A stretch of DNA of 36,469 nt, taken from contig CAYQPU010000015.1 in the NCBI GenBank assembly GCA_964419615.1, forward strand, positions 1-36,469. The letters are read 5' to 3'. Below are positions 8,767-18,526 of this stretch, piece after piece (position 1 is the first letter of the stretch; each line of letters starts with the position of its first letter). The notes below the pieces were generated by a model. It made no database searches. It saw only the letters and a program-made list of their open reading frames with translations, and was not told where the DNA came from. Made by a program: the position numbers and the translations under genes. This DNA is from an uncultured Methanosarcinales archaeon (GTDB lineage: Archaea > Nanobdellota > Nanobdellia > Woesearchaeales > JAGVZT01).

Positions 8767-9528
8767 GTGGACAAGATACTTCAAAATACTTTTATACATA
8801 TATCAGGGGTTGGTGAGAGTACAGAGCAAAAGATTTGGCGATCCAATGTTTTAGATTGGGAATCTTTTTTGAGTAGTTCAAATAGAATCGATATTAGCTT
8901 TTCTAAAAAGAAACGTATTGATAATTTTTTAAAGGAATCACTTGATGCAATTAAGGATAACAATCACAAGTTCTTGGTTGATTACTTTCCAAATAAGGAA
9001 CACTGGAGAGTTTACCCTGATATGAAGTGCTGTTATGTTGATATTGAAACCACAGGTCTTAGTAAGTACAGAAATAGCATTACAACAATTGGACTTTATG
9101 ATGGTAATAAAAGCAGAGTGTTTGTGCAAGGAAAAGACCTACATGAGTTTGCACATGAATTTTCAAAATATAATACTATAGTGACTTTTAATGGAAGAGG
9201 ATTTGATATTCCTTTTATTCGTGAGAAACTTCCAGAAGTGGATACTAATAAATTTCATATTGATTTGAGGTTTGTGATGAGAAGTCTTGGGTATGTTGGC
9301 GGACTTAAAAGAATAGAAAGAGATATGGGCGTTATTAGGGATGATGATTTACAAGAAGTTGATGGTTATGAAGCAGTAAGGCTTTGGAAAAAGTATCAAC
9401 GAGGAGATAAGGAAGCATTAGATCTTTTGATTAAGTATAATATTGCTGATATTGAGAATTTGAAAATTATGATGGATTTTGCTTTTGAAAGAATGAAAAA
9501 GAGATGTTTTCTTTCTGTTATAAGGTAA
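8767..9528 (+). CDS. YprB/RNase_H_2 family DEDD 3'-5' exonuclease
   Basis: ExoI VDIETTGL, ExoII VTFNGRGFD, ExoIII YNIAD; N-terminal HhH-like FIHISGVGESTE; GTG start. Confidence 0.9.
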   Translation: MDKILQNTFIHISGVGESTEQKIWRSNVLDWESFLSSSNRIDISFSKKKRIDNFLKESLDAIKDNNHKFLVDYFPNKEHWRVYPDMKCCYVDIETTGLSKYRNSITTIGLYDGNKSRVFVQGKDLHEFAHEFSKYNTIVTFNGRGFDIPFIREKLPEVDTNKFHIDLRFVMRSLGYVGGLKRIERDMGVIRDDDLQEVDGYEAVRLWKKYQRGDKEALDLLIKYNIADIENLKIMMDFAFERMKKRCFLSVIR

Positions 9529-9564
9529 GTAAACTTAAATACTTATCTTGCTTTCCTAAACCTA

Positions 9565-9915
9565 ATGAGAAAACAACTTACTGATACCTTGATGGATTTT
9601 AATGGCGTGATAGTTTATTATCACTTTTTTAAAAGTGCTATAGAACCTGGTGCAGCTACTTTTAATTATATTGCATGTAAAGACTCAGAGATAATTGGAT
9701 GGGGATCAAGAGACAATAATCTTGATTTTGAATTGCAGGTTTTGGCTTTTGGACTTGATTTTGATACCTTCACTATCCAAAATAGAATTCCTTTTGTTGA
9801 TGACCCAAAATTAAAGCATCTTGTAGATGTAGATAAAAATAATGGTTATACTGATTTTTATAGACCCTTATTAAAAAGTGAAATTCCAGAGTTATTGCAA
9901 CCTTATATTAAGTAA
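9565..9915 (+). CDS. Hypothetical protein
   Basis: 116-aa ORF preceded by the TATA-like cttaaata; no recognised motif. Confidence 0.6.
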   Translation: MRKQLTDTLMDFNGVIVYYHFFKSAIEPGAATFNYIACKDSEIIGWGSRDNNLDFELQVLAFGLDFDTFTIQNRIPFVDDPKLKHLVDVDKNNGYTDFYRPLLKSEIPELLQPYIK

Positions 9916-9964
9916 GAATTCCCAATACAGAATATTTATATAATTCTAGATTGTTGTTTTTGGT

Positions 9965-10684
9965 ATGATAATTGATTATAATCAAGTTGACATCTGGTCA
10001 AGTGGTGTTCTCACAAAAGATGTTGAAGATTGCATTCTGAATCTAGACCAGTTGAATAAAGATGAACTAACTTGTGTTCTTAAAAAGATTGGAGATATTT
10101 CTGGTTGTCCTATTCCAGATCTTGTTGCAAAAAGAATGGGAACAAAACAAGCAATAAAGTATCTTTGTAGTTTGGTTTGTGATTACAATTTAATAAAGGA
10201 CTTGCTTGACAAGAATAATGTTCCTTGGAAAGCTGTTTGGGGAAAACAAGAAAGCAGAAAACCAAATGAACCTGCTGGTGAATACTCTTCAAGAATTCCT
10301 AATCAGATCATAGAGAAAAAGATTGTTAGAGGTCCTGGTAAGTATCATGAGTTTTCAATAACAAGGTTACTATGGTTTGATAAGTGTAATAAAAATTTAA
10401 TTCAGAAGCAACAACTTAATGATTTGATTTTGAAAAGTGAGTCTATTGTTGATTTTCATGTGCGATTTGTCATTATGTTTGCTGATTTGTACAAAGAGAT
10501 TGATAACTTAACAGAGATCTTGATGCTTGGTGTTGCTCATGAAGGTTTTTTTAAGCAGAATAATTGTTTTTTAGAAGTTAAAGATACACTCAATAAAATA
10601 AAAAACAGAGCTGAAAGTGAGAATTGGTTTTTAATTCTCGAAAATGACGTTAATCAAGTATTTAATTCTTCCACCACCATTTAA
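9965..10684 (+). CDS. Hypothetical protein
   Basis: 239-aa ORF preceded by the TATA-like tttatata; no convincing motif. Confidence 0.65.
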   Translation: MIIDYNQVDIWSSGVLTKDVEDCILNLDQLNKDELTCVLKKIGDISGCPIPDLVAKRMGTKQAIKYLCSLVCDYNLIKDLLDKNNVPWKAVWGKQESRKPNEPAGEYSSRIPNQIIEKKIVRGPGKYHEFSITRLLWFDKCNKNLIQKQQLNDLILKSESIVDFHVRFVIMFADLYKEIDNLTEILMLGVAHEGFFKQNNCFLEVKDTLNKIKNRAESENWFLILENDVNQVFNSSTTI

Positions 10685-10762
10685 TTCCACTGTAGAGTGG
10701 TAATTTAGTAAAAAGTTATTTATACTAAACTCAATTCCAAATATACAATTAATATATGAAAA

Positions 10763-12289
10763 ATGGCAAAACCAATTTTATTAGTAAGCGATGATTATAC
10801 TGACATGAGAAAAGGTCAGTTAAGAACCATAGCTAGTTTTGGCAGAGATATTCATGTTGCAACTACACTTGAAGAAGCTCTATATGCTATTGATTTCAAC
10901 CATTATAAAGCAGTTGTGATTGATAGATTGCTTGGGAAAAAACCCACAACCATGACAGCAAGGCCACAAGAATATCCACCAAGAAGAGATGCTAAGATAG
11001 ATTTTAGTGATTATGGTTTAGATTTTCTTGGAATGCTTCTTAAAGCTGATACTCCAAACAAGGATGTCTCCGTAGCTATGAGCACCTTAAATAGGATCAA
11101 ACCGACTGAGCTGGCTGAAATTGAGGAGATTTACGAAGTCCATATTGATATTGGAGATTTGGTTGAGATAAATCAACCAGAAATGTCATTTAATCTAATA
11201 CCCAAGATAAAACGTCTAACAGGAGATGAATCAGGAAGAGAGGATGGAATGATACAATATCTTAGGAGGAGAATTCCAAAAGATTATGATCCAAATAGTT
11301 TATTTTTAGAGTTAGATTTAAAGGTTTTAGTGAGTGAAGGGAGTCCGACTCCTTCTCTTGATTCTGAAGGACATTTAGAAATGGTTTATGCAAAACCAGA
11401 TGTTGATGTTATTGAAGCTTTAACTCCATTTGAAGCTTTATTTTTGGAGGATGATTTACTTGATGATGTGATTGTTAAGCACGCTTTAATGGATTTATTT
11501 GATGGTAGAGAACCAGGATTTAGTGGAGCGATTCTTTGTGGTCCTCCAGGTACAGGCAAATCTAAGATTATGGAAGTATTAAGAGACACTTATGAAAATA
11601 CTGGCGCCTATGTTGAAGTTATTGATCTATCAAAAATAGAGAGTCCATTTGTTTCAGAAACTCAAAATAGATTGTCAAGAGCTCTTTCAAACTGCAATGA
11701 GGAAGCTTTCAAGAGACAAAAAGCTTCATTATTGTGTATTGATGAGGGCACTAATTTTGTTGTTGATCCAAGAGACGGTGCAAGATCTACAGCAAAATAC
11801 TATCAAGGAATCCTTGACACTTGGAAGCGACATATTGGGAATAATAGAGAAACTGTTATTTGTATTGCCACAAATGAAATGCCTGAATCCTTTGATGATG
11901 CTTTGACACGTGCGGGCAGACTCACAGTTTTATATGTTGCCTATCCTACTCCTCAGAAAAAATCTGAGATGTTTGGGTATTTTATCCCTCTTTTTGTTAC
12001 CAATGGTGAGGACAATATCCCACTGTTAATTCCTAATGAAGAAGAGTTAGATTACTTTGCTTCACTAATCCCTGATGGCCATGGTGCAGCTATTGAGGAA
12101 ATCTCCAGAACATATGTTTCACATGTTGAAAATACACTGTTAAAGGATAAATCTGGCAGCACAAATTTATTGGGTGCACTTAGGGCAGGTACACAAGTGA
12201 ATCAGAAAGATGTCCAAAGGATGATTAATCCAGATAATTTTGCAGATTATATTCAAACATGTGTCGGGCAAAGATCACAAAATCATTAA
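10763..12289 (+). CDS. Receiver(REC)-like domain fused to a classical-clade AAA+ ATPase
   Basis: N-terminal ILLVSDD...TLEEAL...AVVID54...GLDFL...VAMST. C-terminal Walker A GPPGTGKS, Walker B LLCIDEG, sensor-1 ATN and SRH DDALTRAGR. Confidence 0.85.
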   Translation: MAKPILLVSDDYTDMRKGQLRTIASFGRDIHVATTLEEALYAIDFNHYKAVVIDRLLGKKPTTMTARPQEYPPRRDAKIDFSDYGLDFLGMLLKADTPNKDVSVAMSTLNRIKPTELAEIEEIYEVHIDIGDLVEINQPEMSFNLIPKIKRLTGDESGREDGMIQYLRRRIPKDYDPNSLFLELDLKVLVSEGSPTPSLDSEGHLEMVYAKPDVDVIEALTPFEALFLEDDLLDDVIVKHALMDLFDGREPGFSGAILCGPPGTGKSKIMEVLRDTYENTGAYVEVIDLSKIESPFVSETQNRLSRALSNCNEEAFKRQKASLLCIDEGTNFVVDPRDGARSTAKYYQGILDTWKRHIGNNRETVICIATNEMPESFDDALTRAGRLTVLYVAYPTPQKKSEMFGYFIPLFVTNGEDNIPLLIPNEEELDYFASLIPDGHGAAIEEISRTYVSHVENTLLKDKSGSTNLLGALRAGTQVNQKDVQRMINPDNFADYIQTCVGQRSQNH

Positions 12290-12331
12290 TTTTATTGATT
12301 AAGCTTCTGATAAAAAAAATAAGAAAAAAAA

Positions 12332-13291
12332 TTAATTAATAATCAAACCATGTATTTCCGGAGGTCTATTAACGTCTTCAACTGTGACCCAGATAACTAC
12401 TGATTCTTGATGCATACCATCTGATGCAGTTATGGTTACTTTGTGCTTTCCTGCATCACCAAAACTAGTTTGGTATGTGTCTTGGGTTATCCAACCAGTG
12501 TATGTTAGTGTAATGTCATCTCCATCTGGATCTGATACTTTTGGTGCTAAGTCAACAATTTCTCCTTCTTTGACCTTAATATTTGTGTTTAGTTCAAGTA
12601 TTGGTGGCCTGTTTATTGCAATAACTGTTACTTTAAATGAAGCCTCGTCTGACAATTCACCATCAGTTACTTTTACACTTGCTCGGTATTCTCCTCTATC
12701 TCCGATTTCGGTTTGCCATTTCCCACTATCATCAAAAGGAGGACTGACTATCCAAGTAAGTTTATCATTATTTGGATCAATAGCTTCAAGTTGTATTGTG
12801 ACTAATTCTCCTTCTTTTACCACATAATCTTTTGCACCGGATAATTCTGGAGCAAGGTTTACTACTTTAACAACAATTAGAATCTGTTTTGTTGTTTCTA
12901 GTTTACCATCACTTGCAGTTATTGTAACAGGATATTGTCCTGCATCACCGAATTGTGTTTGCCATTTTCCACCAGCATCAAGTGGAGAGCTAAATGTGTA
13001 GGTTAATCCATCTCCATCTGGATCTGTTGCATCTAAATCAAGCTTAACCAAATCACCTTCGTTCACAGTAATTCTTGCGAAGATATCTGCCTTTGGTACT
13101 TCAACAGCTTCTTTTACTTCTGCTGGTTTTTCTGTAACTACATCACCTTTTAAGTCAGGCAGTGCTTCTTTTACAATTTGATCAGCTCCATCTTTTAATA
13201 TAGGCGGCTGAACTTGTTCTTGCGGTTGCTGTAATGCACATCCTGTTATTAAAACTAATAAAGCAAAGAATAAAATAATTTTTCTACTCAT
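12332..13291 (-). CDS. Surface lipoprotein with three tandem Ig/cadherin-like domains
   Basis: Lipobox-like LITGC after a hydrophobic stretch. Three roughly 82-aa repeats: EG(D/E).V...A.DPDGD.LT...WQT..GD.G.Y.VTITASDG...N..P. Confidence 0.8.
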   Translation of the reverse strand: MSRKIILFFALLVLITGCALQQPQEQVQPPILKDGADQIVKEALPDLKGDVVTEKPAEVKEAVEVPKADIFARITVNEGDLVKLDLDATDPDGDGLTYTFSSPLDAGGKWQTQFGDAGQYPVTITASDGKLETTKQILIVVKVVNLAPELSGAKDYVVKEGELVTIQLEAIDPNNDKLTWIVSPPFDDSGKWQTEIGDRGEYRASVKVTDGELSDEASFKVTVIAINRPPILELNTNIKVKEGEIVDLAPKVSDPDGDDITLTYTGWITQDTYQTSFGDAGKHKVTITASDGMHQESVVIWVTVEDVNRPPEIHGLIIN

Positions 13292-13413
13292 TTTACCACA
13301 CCTCATTCAATAGTAAATAATCCTCTTTATCATTTTTAAATAATTACTACTATAAATAATTTTTGATTACATTTATCAAAAGTTTTAAAAAAGAGTATTT
13401 GACTATAAATTTT

Positions 13414-13950
13414 ATGATAATTACAATTTCTGGATTACCTGGTTCTGGCAAGAGTACTGTTGCAAAGCTTGTTGCTGAAAAATTGGGTTTTAAGCATTAT
13501 TCAACTGGAGATCTTCAAAGGGAGATTGCAGAAGAACATAATTTATCCATAACTGAACTTGGTGAGAAAGAAGCAGAAGATGACAAGTGGGATTTGATGA
13601 TTGATAAAAAAACAAAAGAAGTTGGGGAGAAAAAGGATAATGTTGTTTTAGATACTTGGCTAGGTGCTTGTTTTATCCCACAAGCAGCAAAGGTTTTTCT
13701 TAAGTGCGATGAAACAAAGAGAGCTCAAAGAAGATTACTTCACAAGAGAAAAACAGAAAAATTTGATAGCATGCAAGAAACAATTGATGATATGAGACAG
13801 AGAGTTAAGACAAATCAGGTAAGATGGATTAAGTATTATGAGTTTGATATTTTGGATTTTGGTAATTATGATATTATTATTGATGCTAGTAGTTTAAGCG
13901 CAGAGGAAGTTGTAAAAGAGGTACTAGACTATGTTAAAACCGTACATTGA
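13414..13950 (+). CDS. cmk: Cytidylate kinase, archaeal type
   Basis: MIITISGLPGSGKSTVAK, then YSTGDLQREIA and YDIIIDAS. ATG at 13414 is preferred over the upstream TTG. Confidence 0.9.
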   Translation: MIITISGLPGSGKSTVAKLVAEKLGFKHYSTGDLQREIAEEHNLSITELGEKEAEDDKWDLMIDKKTKEVGEKKDNVVLDTWLGACFIPQAAKVFLKCDETKRAQRRLLHKRKTEKFDSMQETIDDMRQRVKTNQVRWIKYYEFDILDFGNYDIIIDASSLSAEEVVKEVLDYVKTVH

Positions 13951-14707
13951 AAAAATTAATGGAAAGGATTTTGAATACTACATTGGTGGAAGAGGAAGAA
14001 AATTATTGTTCTTGCATGGCATGGGTGCAACACCTATGTGTTATGATGAAACTTTGGAGTTATTATCTCAAAATTTTAAGGTGATTGCTCCGAGTATTCC
14101 TTGCCATGGTAATAGTGAAAAGATTGATGAGTTTAATTTAGATGGAATTAGTGATTTACTGATCAAATTTTTAAGAGGACATAAATGGGATGATTTTATT
14201 GTTGCTGGTAATTCCATGGGAGGTTTGCTATCAATGTATCTTGCAGTTAAGTTAGAAAAGGAGGTTAAGCATTTGATATTGGTTGATTCTGCTGGTTTTG
14301 ATGAGCACAAACCAATCCTAAGATATATTCTAGGGATTATTATGGCTCCATTTACAACCCTTGGAACAACCTTGGGAAAAGGTATGGGGAAACGATTTAA
14401 GAGGCTGATCAGGTCTGGAAAAAAATATATTCCAAATGCTATTAAATGTTTAAGAAATGACCATTTCTTAGATTTTGCCAAAGAATTGGTTTTAGAAGAT
14501 CACACAAATGTTATGAAAAAAGTCAAATGCAAAACATTAATTTTGTGGGGATCTTGGGATGATGCTGTTTCAGTTGATGATGCCTATGAAATGAATAAAT
14601 ACATTAAGAATTCAAAGGTGATTGTGATAGATAGGTATGCTCATTGCTGGCCTGTTGTTGATTGTGAAAGGTTTTTAAAAGAGGTTACAAGTTTTGTTAA
14701 TAGTTAA
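13931..14707 (+). CDS. Alpha/beta hydrolase
   Basis: FLHG oxyanion motif, GNSMGG nucleophile elbow, WGSWDD acid and HCWP histidine. Confidence 0.92.
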   Translation: MLKPYIEKINGKDFEYYIGGRGRKLLFLHGMGATPMCYDETLELLSQNFKVIAPSIPCHGNSEKIDEFNLDGISDLLIKFLRGHKWDDFIVAGNSMGGLLSMYLAVKLEKEVKHLILVDSAGFDEHKPILRYILGIIMAPFTTLGTTLGKGMGKRFKRLIRSGKKYIPNAIKCLRNDHFLDFAKELVLEDHTNVMKKVKCKTLILWGSWDDAVSVDDAYEMNKYIKNSKVIVIDRYAHCWPVVDCERFLKEVTSFVNS

Positions 14708-15228
14708 CTTGGAGGAATTCGACGATTTGATACTGCCATTAATTTATCCTCAAAACCAAATAGATCTTCAAAAGTGTTATAGATCATTTGATCAATCCAG
14801 TTCTTACCTCTTTCTTTATCAAACAGAGGATGAGATCCAGGAAGAACAGAAGGAATCGCATATTCAGGACTATCAAAAACGGTTTTCATAAATTCATTAT
14901 AATACACCATACCTGTCCATCCAATTAAACTAAATTTCCTAAGATCAACAACTGGCTTATTATTTTCATCAAAAACTTGAATATACCAATCACCTATGTT
15001 TGCTCTATATTCAGGATAATCATTTAGAGCTGATTTAATACCAGCTTCAATATACGGCCTGAATTCAATTGTACTTAGTGGTTGTGGTAGATCTTCCATA
15101 CCAAAGACTTCATCAACATAAGAAATTCTCCTTGACCCTTGTTTTTTTAGATCTTCATCAAGTTCTAACAAATATGCCCAACTAATCATAAGAATTGGGG
15201 AATCATCAATAACTACTCTGTGTCCCAT
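14704..15228 (-). CDS. Hypothetical protein
   Basis: 174-aa ORF, codon usage like its neighbours; no recognised motif. Confidence 0.65.
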   Translation of the reverse strand: MGHRVVIDDSPILMISWAYLLELDEDLKKQGSRRISYVDEVFGMEDLPQPLSTIEFRPYIEAGIKSALNDYPEYRANIGDWYIQVFDENNKPVVDLRKFSLIGWTGMVYYNEFMKTVFDSPEYAIPSVLPGSHPLFDKERGKNWIDQMIYNTFEDLFGFEDKLMAVSNRRIPPS

Positions 15229-15274
15229 AATATCTAAAGAAGTATGTTAATTATATAAATTTTGCTTAATAAAA

Positions 15275-15778
15275 CTAACCTTCTTCACGTATTCCTGTTA
15301 TTGGAGGTATTGATAATTTTTCTGTTAAAGTTTGGTAGGCATTGTCTGTATATTCACTGCAAATTCTAATTAAGGCGTCAATTTTATTCCAATCCCCAGC
15401 ATCTGTATAATGTAGTAATTGTTCTGTAACAAGTTTTTCAGAAGGAAATGATTTTCCAATTCCAGCATTTTTCAGTTCACTTCTAATACTCTGGATACGG
15501 TGTTTTTCATCTGCTTTTATTGCTAGTATAGCAACATTTTCTAAGACAGACCATACTTCATCCTCATCAAAATTTGCACATAAATCTACTACATACTGAG
15601 AACCACTCCCATTGGTGCCAAATAAAAATCCCAGGAAGTTATCATAACCCTCAAGAGTTTCTTCAATTTTTAAGTATTGTCTAAATTTCTGAAGAATTCC
15701 TTGTTTAAATCGCTCCTCTGAATCTGCATCAATTGCTTTTTCGTGTAGCAGGTCATATTTTCCGTTTACGCTTACCAT
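15275..15778 (-). CDS. Hypothetical protein
   Basis: 167-aa ORF, likely helical; no recognised motif. Confidence 0.65.
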   Translation of the reverse strand: MVSVNGKYDLLHEKAIDADSEERFKQGILQKFRQYLKIEETLEGYDNFLGFLFGTNGSGSQYVVDLCANFDEDEVWSVLENVAILAIKADEKHRIQSIRSELKNAGIGKSFPSEKLVTEQLLHYTDAGDWNKIDALIRICSEYTDNAYQTLTEKLSIPPITGIREEG

Positions 15779-15856
15779 ATCTAGAGGAAATCTAATAAAC
15801 TATAAAAAATATTGGTATAATAATTTATTCTGAATAACTAAATTATATATATTCTA

Positions 15857-15872
15857 CCAAAACCTTTATAAA
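15857..15872 (+). promoter_or_regulatory. BRE plus TATA box upstream of the FKBP gene
   Basis: ccaaaacc-tttataaa lies about 55 nt upstream of ATG 15927. Confidence 0.55.
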
Positions 15873-15926
15873 TGCACGAAGATTCCAAAACACTTATTAA
15901 TTCTCATGAACTTATGAGGAGCTAGA

Positions 15927-16610
15927 ATGGGAAAGATTAAAAAAAATGATTTTGTTGAAGTTGAGTATACTGGCAAATTAGTAGATGACAAACTAGTGTT
16001 TGATACTACAGATGAAAATATTGCCAAAGATGGCGGAATTTTTGATGAGAATCATAAATATGGCCCAGTTATTATTTGTGTTGGGGAAAAACAGATTTTA
16101 GAAGGTATTGACAAGAATCTTGAAGGCAAGGAAGATAACAACACCTATACTCTAAAATTATCTCCTGAAGATGGTTTTGGAAAAAAAAGTGGAAAGATGT
16201 TAAAGTTGATTCCTGCTACTGTTTTCCGAAAGCAAAATATTCAAGCTGTTCCTGGGCTTCAGGTTAATATTGATGGTGTTGTTGGAACTGTACGAAGTGT
16301 TAGTGGAGGTAGAGTTATTGTTGATTTTAACCATCCACTTTCAGGAAAAGAGTTAGAGTATATTGTCAAAGTAAATAATATTGTTACTGATTCTGCTAAA
16401 AAAGTAGAATCTATTGTTCATATTTTACTTAATCAAGATTGTAAAGTAAGTGTTGCAAATGAAATTGCGTTAATTGAACTTGAAACCAAGCTTCCAGATG
16501 AGATTGGTGAGAAGTTAAAAGAAGAAATTGTTAGATTAGTTGGAGTAAAGTCAGTTGATATCAAGGTCTCAAAACCAAAGAAACAACCAGATAAGGGGCC
16601 TGATAGATAA
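15927..16610 (+). CDS. FKBP-type peptidyl-prolyl isomerase, archaeal long SlyD-like form
   Basis: VEVEYTGK...VFDTT, LSPEDGFG and VIVDFNHPLSGKELEY. Confidence 0.95.
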   Translation: MGKIKKNDFVEVEYTGKLVDDKLVFDTTDENIAKDGGIFDENHKYGPVIICVGEKQILEGIDKNLEGKEDNNTYTLKLSPEDGFGKKSGKMLKLIPATVFRKQNIQAVPGLQVNIDGVVGTVRSVSGGRVIVDFNHPLSGKELEYIVKVNNIVTDSAKKVESIVHILLNQDCKVSVANEIALIELETKLPDEIGEKLKEEIVRLVGVKSVDIKVSKPKKQPDKGPDR

Positions 16611-16672
16611 ATTTATATATGAGTATGAGTAATTTAAAATCATTAAAAAATTACAATTACGAGGTGCTATAA

Positions 16673-17764
16673 GTGGCCGCAATCATAGGAGATGAAGAAG
16701 GAATAATCCAAAAAACAAATGTTCTTGATGCTGAACTAGAAGAACTTTTATCTACTCACAAGGCTAAAATCAAAGTTATTGGAGCTGGTGGTGGTGGAGG
16801 TAATACCATTACTCGAATCGCTGAAGTAGGAGTTGCTGGTGCAGAGTCAGTAGCAATTAATACTGATGCTCAAGACTTACTTTATTGTACTGCTGATAAA
16901 AAAGTGTTGATTGGAAAAGATGTTACAAGTGGTTTAGGTGCAGGTTCAAATCCTCAGGTTGGTCAAGAAGCTGCAAGAGAATCTGAACAACAGTTAAAAG
17001 AGGTTTTAAAAGGCGCAGATATGGTGTTCATTACTTGTGGCCTTGGAGGAGGAACTGGTACAGGTTCTGTTCCAGTTGTTGCTGAGCTTGCAAAGAAACA
17101 AGGTTCATTAACTGTTGGTGTTGTTACTTTACCATTTGCTATGGAAGGTAATAGAAGATATGAAAATGCTATTATGGGTCTTGAGAAGTTAGAGGCCATT
17201 GTTGATACTCTTATTGTTATTCCAAATGATAAATTATTAGAACTTGCTCCAGATTTACCACTTCATACTGCATTTAAGGTTGCAGATGAGATTTTAACTA
17301 ATGCTGTTAAAGGTATTGCTGAGATGGTTACCAAGGCAGGTTTAGTTAATTTAGATTTTGCAGATATTCGAACTGTTATGACTGGTGGTGGTGTTGCTCT
17401 TATTGGTATTGGTGAGTCTGATACAGATGATAGAGCTTCCGAAGCTGTTGAAAAAGCTATCCAAAATCCACTACTTGATGTTGATATTTCAGGTGCAAAT
17501 GGTGCTTTGATTAATGTTTCAGGTGGACCAGATATGACTTTGGATGAAGCAAGAAAAGTTGTAGAGGCTGTCTCAGATAGATTATCTGATCAGGCTCATA
17601 TCATTTGGGGAGCTCAGATTTCCGAAGACCTGGCTAATACTATTAGAACTATGCTGATTATTACTGGGGTTCAAAGTCCACAGATTTTGGGACCAGGATC
17701 TAATGTTAGTGATAAGAGACATAAAGAAATTGAGAATGAGTTGGGGATAGAGTTTGTGGATTAA
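16673..17764 (+). CDS. ftsZ: Cell division protein FtsZ
   Basis: Tubulin signature [24 protein letters not shown] and [11 protein letters not shown] start with GAGGTG SD at 16661. Confidence 0.98.
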   Translation: MAAIIGDEEGIIQKTNVLDAELEELLSTHKAKIKVIGAGGGGGNTITRIAEVGVAGAESVAINTDAQDLLYCTADKKVLIGKDVTSGLGAGSNPQVGQEAARESEQQLKEVLKGADMVFITCGLGGGTGTGSVPVVAELAKKQGSLTVGVVTLPFAMEGNRRYENAIMGLEKLEAIVDTLIVIPNDKLLELAPDLPLHTAFKVADEILTNAVKGIAEMVTKAGLVNLDFADIRTVMTGGGVALIGIGESDTDDRASEAVEKAIQNPLLDVDISGANGALINVSGGPDMTLDEARKVVEAVSDRLSDQAHIIWGAQISEDLANTIRTMLIITGVQSPQILGPGSNVSDKRHKEIENELGIEFVD

Positions 17765-17765
17765 A

Positions 17766-17942
17766 ATGATTTCTGCTAATAAATTCAAGAAAGGGAGTAA
17801 GGAATACGTACGAGTTTTGAAGGTAACTAAAAAACCAACTATGAATGAGTTTAAGACTATTGTTAAAGTTACTGGACTTGGTATGGCCATTATTGGACTT
17901 GTTGGATTTTTGCTTCAAATGGGGAGGTTTTTATTAAAATGA
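17766..17942 (+). CDS. secE: Protein translocase SecE/Sec61-gamma
   Basis: EYVRVLKVTKKPTMNEFKTIVKVTGLGMAIIGLVGF; conserved position between ftsZ and spt5. Confidence 0.95.
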   Translation: MISANKFKKGSKEYVRVLKVTKKPTMNEFKTIVKVTGLGMAIIGLVGFLLQMGRFLLK

Positions 17943-18421
17943 CAACTGAATTTGTATCTCATATTTTTGCTTTAAGGACAACTGCAAACAGAGAAGATCA
18001 GGTTATGGATTTTGTTAGCTCAAATGCTGCAAAAAAAGGCCTTGAAGTTTATTCAGTTATCAGGCCTCATGGTATGAGAGGTTATATTTTTGTTGAGGCT
18101 GGAACAAGGCAAGAAGCTGAACAAGCTGCTTTTAGAGTTCCATATGCTCGAGGAATATTACCTAATGAGATTGACTTTAATGAAATTGAGCACATGCTTG
18201 AACCTAAGAAAGTCATGGAAATGGATATTAGGAAGAATGATATTGCCGAGATTATTTCTGGTCCATTTAAGAGAGAAAAAGCAAAGATCTCAAGGATTGA
18301 TAAGACTAAGGGAGAGGTTGTTGTTGAATTACTTGAAGCAGCAGTTCCTATTCCAATCACTTTAAAACTTGATGCTGTAAAGGTTATTAGAAGAGATTCT
18401 GATGAATCAGCTGAAGAGTGA
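17939..18421 (+). CDS. spt5: Transcription elongation factor Spt5 (NusG family)
   Basis: NGN domain (RTTANRE..V, RGYIFVEA) plus KOW domain (EIISGPFKREKAKI). Confidence 0.96.
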   Translation: MTTEFVSHIFALRTTANREDQVMDFVSSNAAKKGLEVYSVIRPHGMRGYIFVEAGTRQEAEQAAFRVPYARGILPNEIDFNEIEHMLEPKKVMEMDIRKNDIAEIISGPFKREKAKISRIDKTKGEVVVELLEAAVPIPITLKLDAVKVIRRDSDESAEE

Positions 18422-18465
18422 TTTGTTTTTTGCATTCTTTTTATATATCAATTCGTAGTAAAGAA

Positions 18466-18526
18466 AATCTGCAAGTTTGTACTTGAAAATAAAGTACATT
18501 CAACTCACTAATTCCATTTGCAGATT
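18466..18526 (+). other. Nested inverted-repeat structure in the spt5-rpl11 intergenic region (candidate ncRNA or leader)
   Basis: Outer stem aatctgcaa/ttgcagatt encloses inner stem tgtactt/aagtaca; TATA-like tttatata at 18440-18447. Confidence 0.4.

Noticed and set aside
8697-8769. Inverted repeat caccttcttttt / aaaaaaggtg that could mask the exonuclease start codon
   Set aside because: Mostly homopolymer pairing; adequately explained by a T-rich terminator plus an A-rich leader.
9965-10684. Possible HEPN RNase motif (LGVAHEG)
   Set aside because: The required Arg of R-x4-6-H is absent, and there is no other support.
10683-10704. Small hairpin ccact-gtag-agtgg after the 9965 gene
   Set aside because: A 5-bp stem is expected by chance; at most a terminator element.
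5449-15778. Provirus or integrative element
   Set aside because: No integrase, capsid, packaging ATPase, replication gene or att-like direct repeats recognised.
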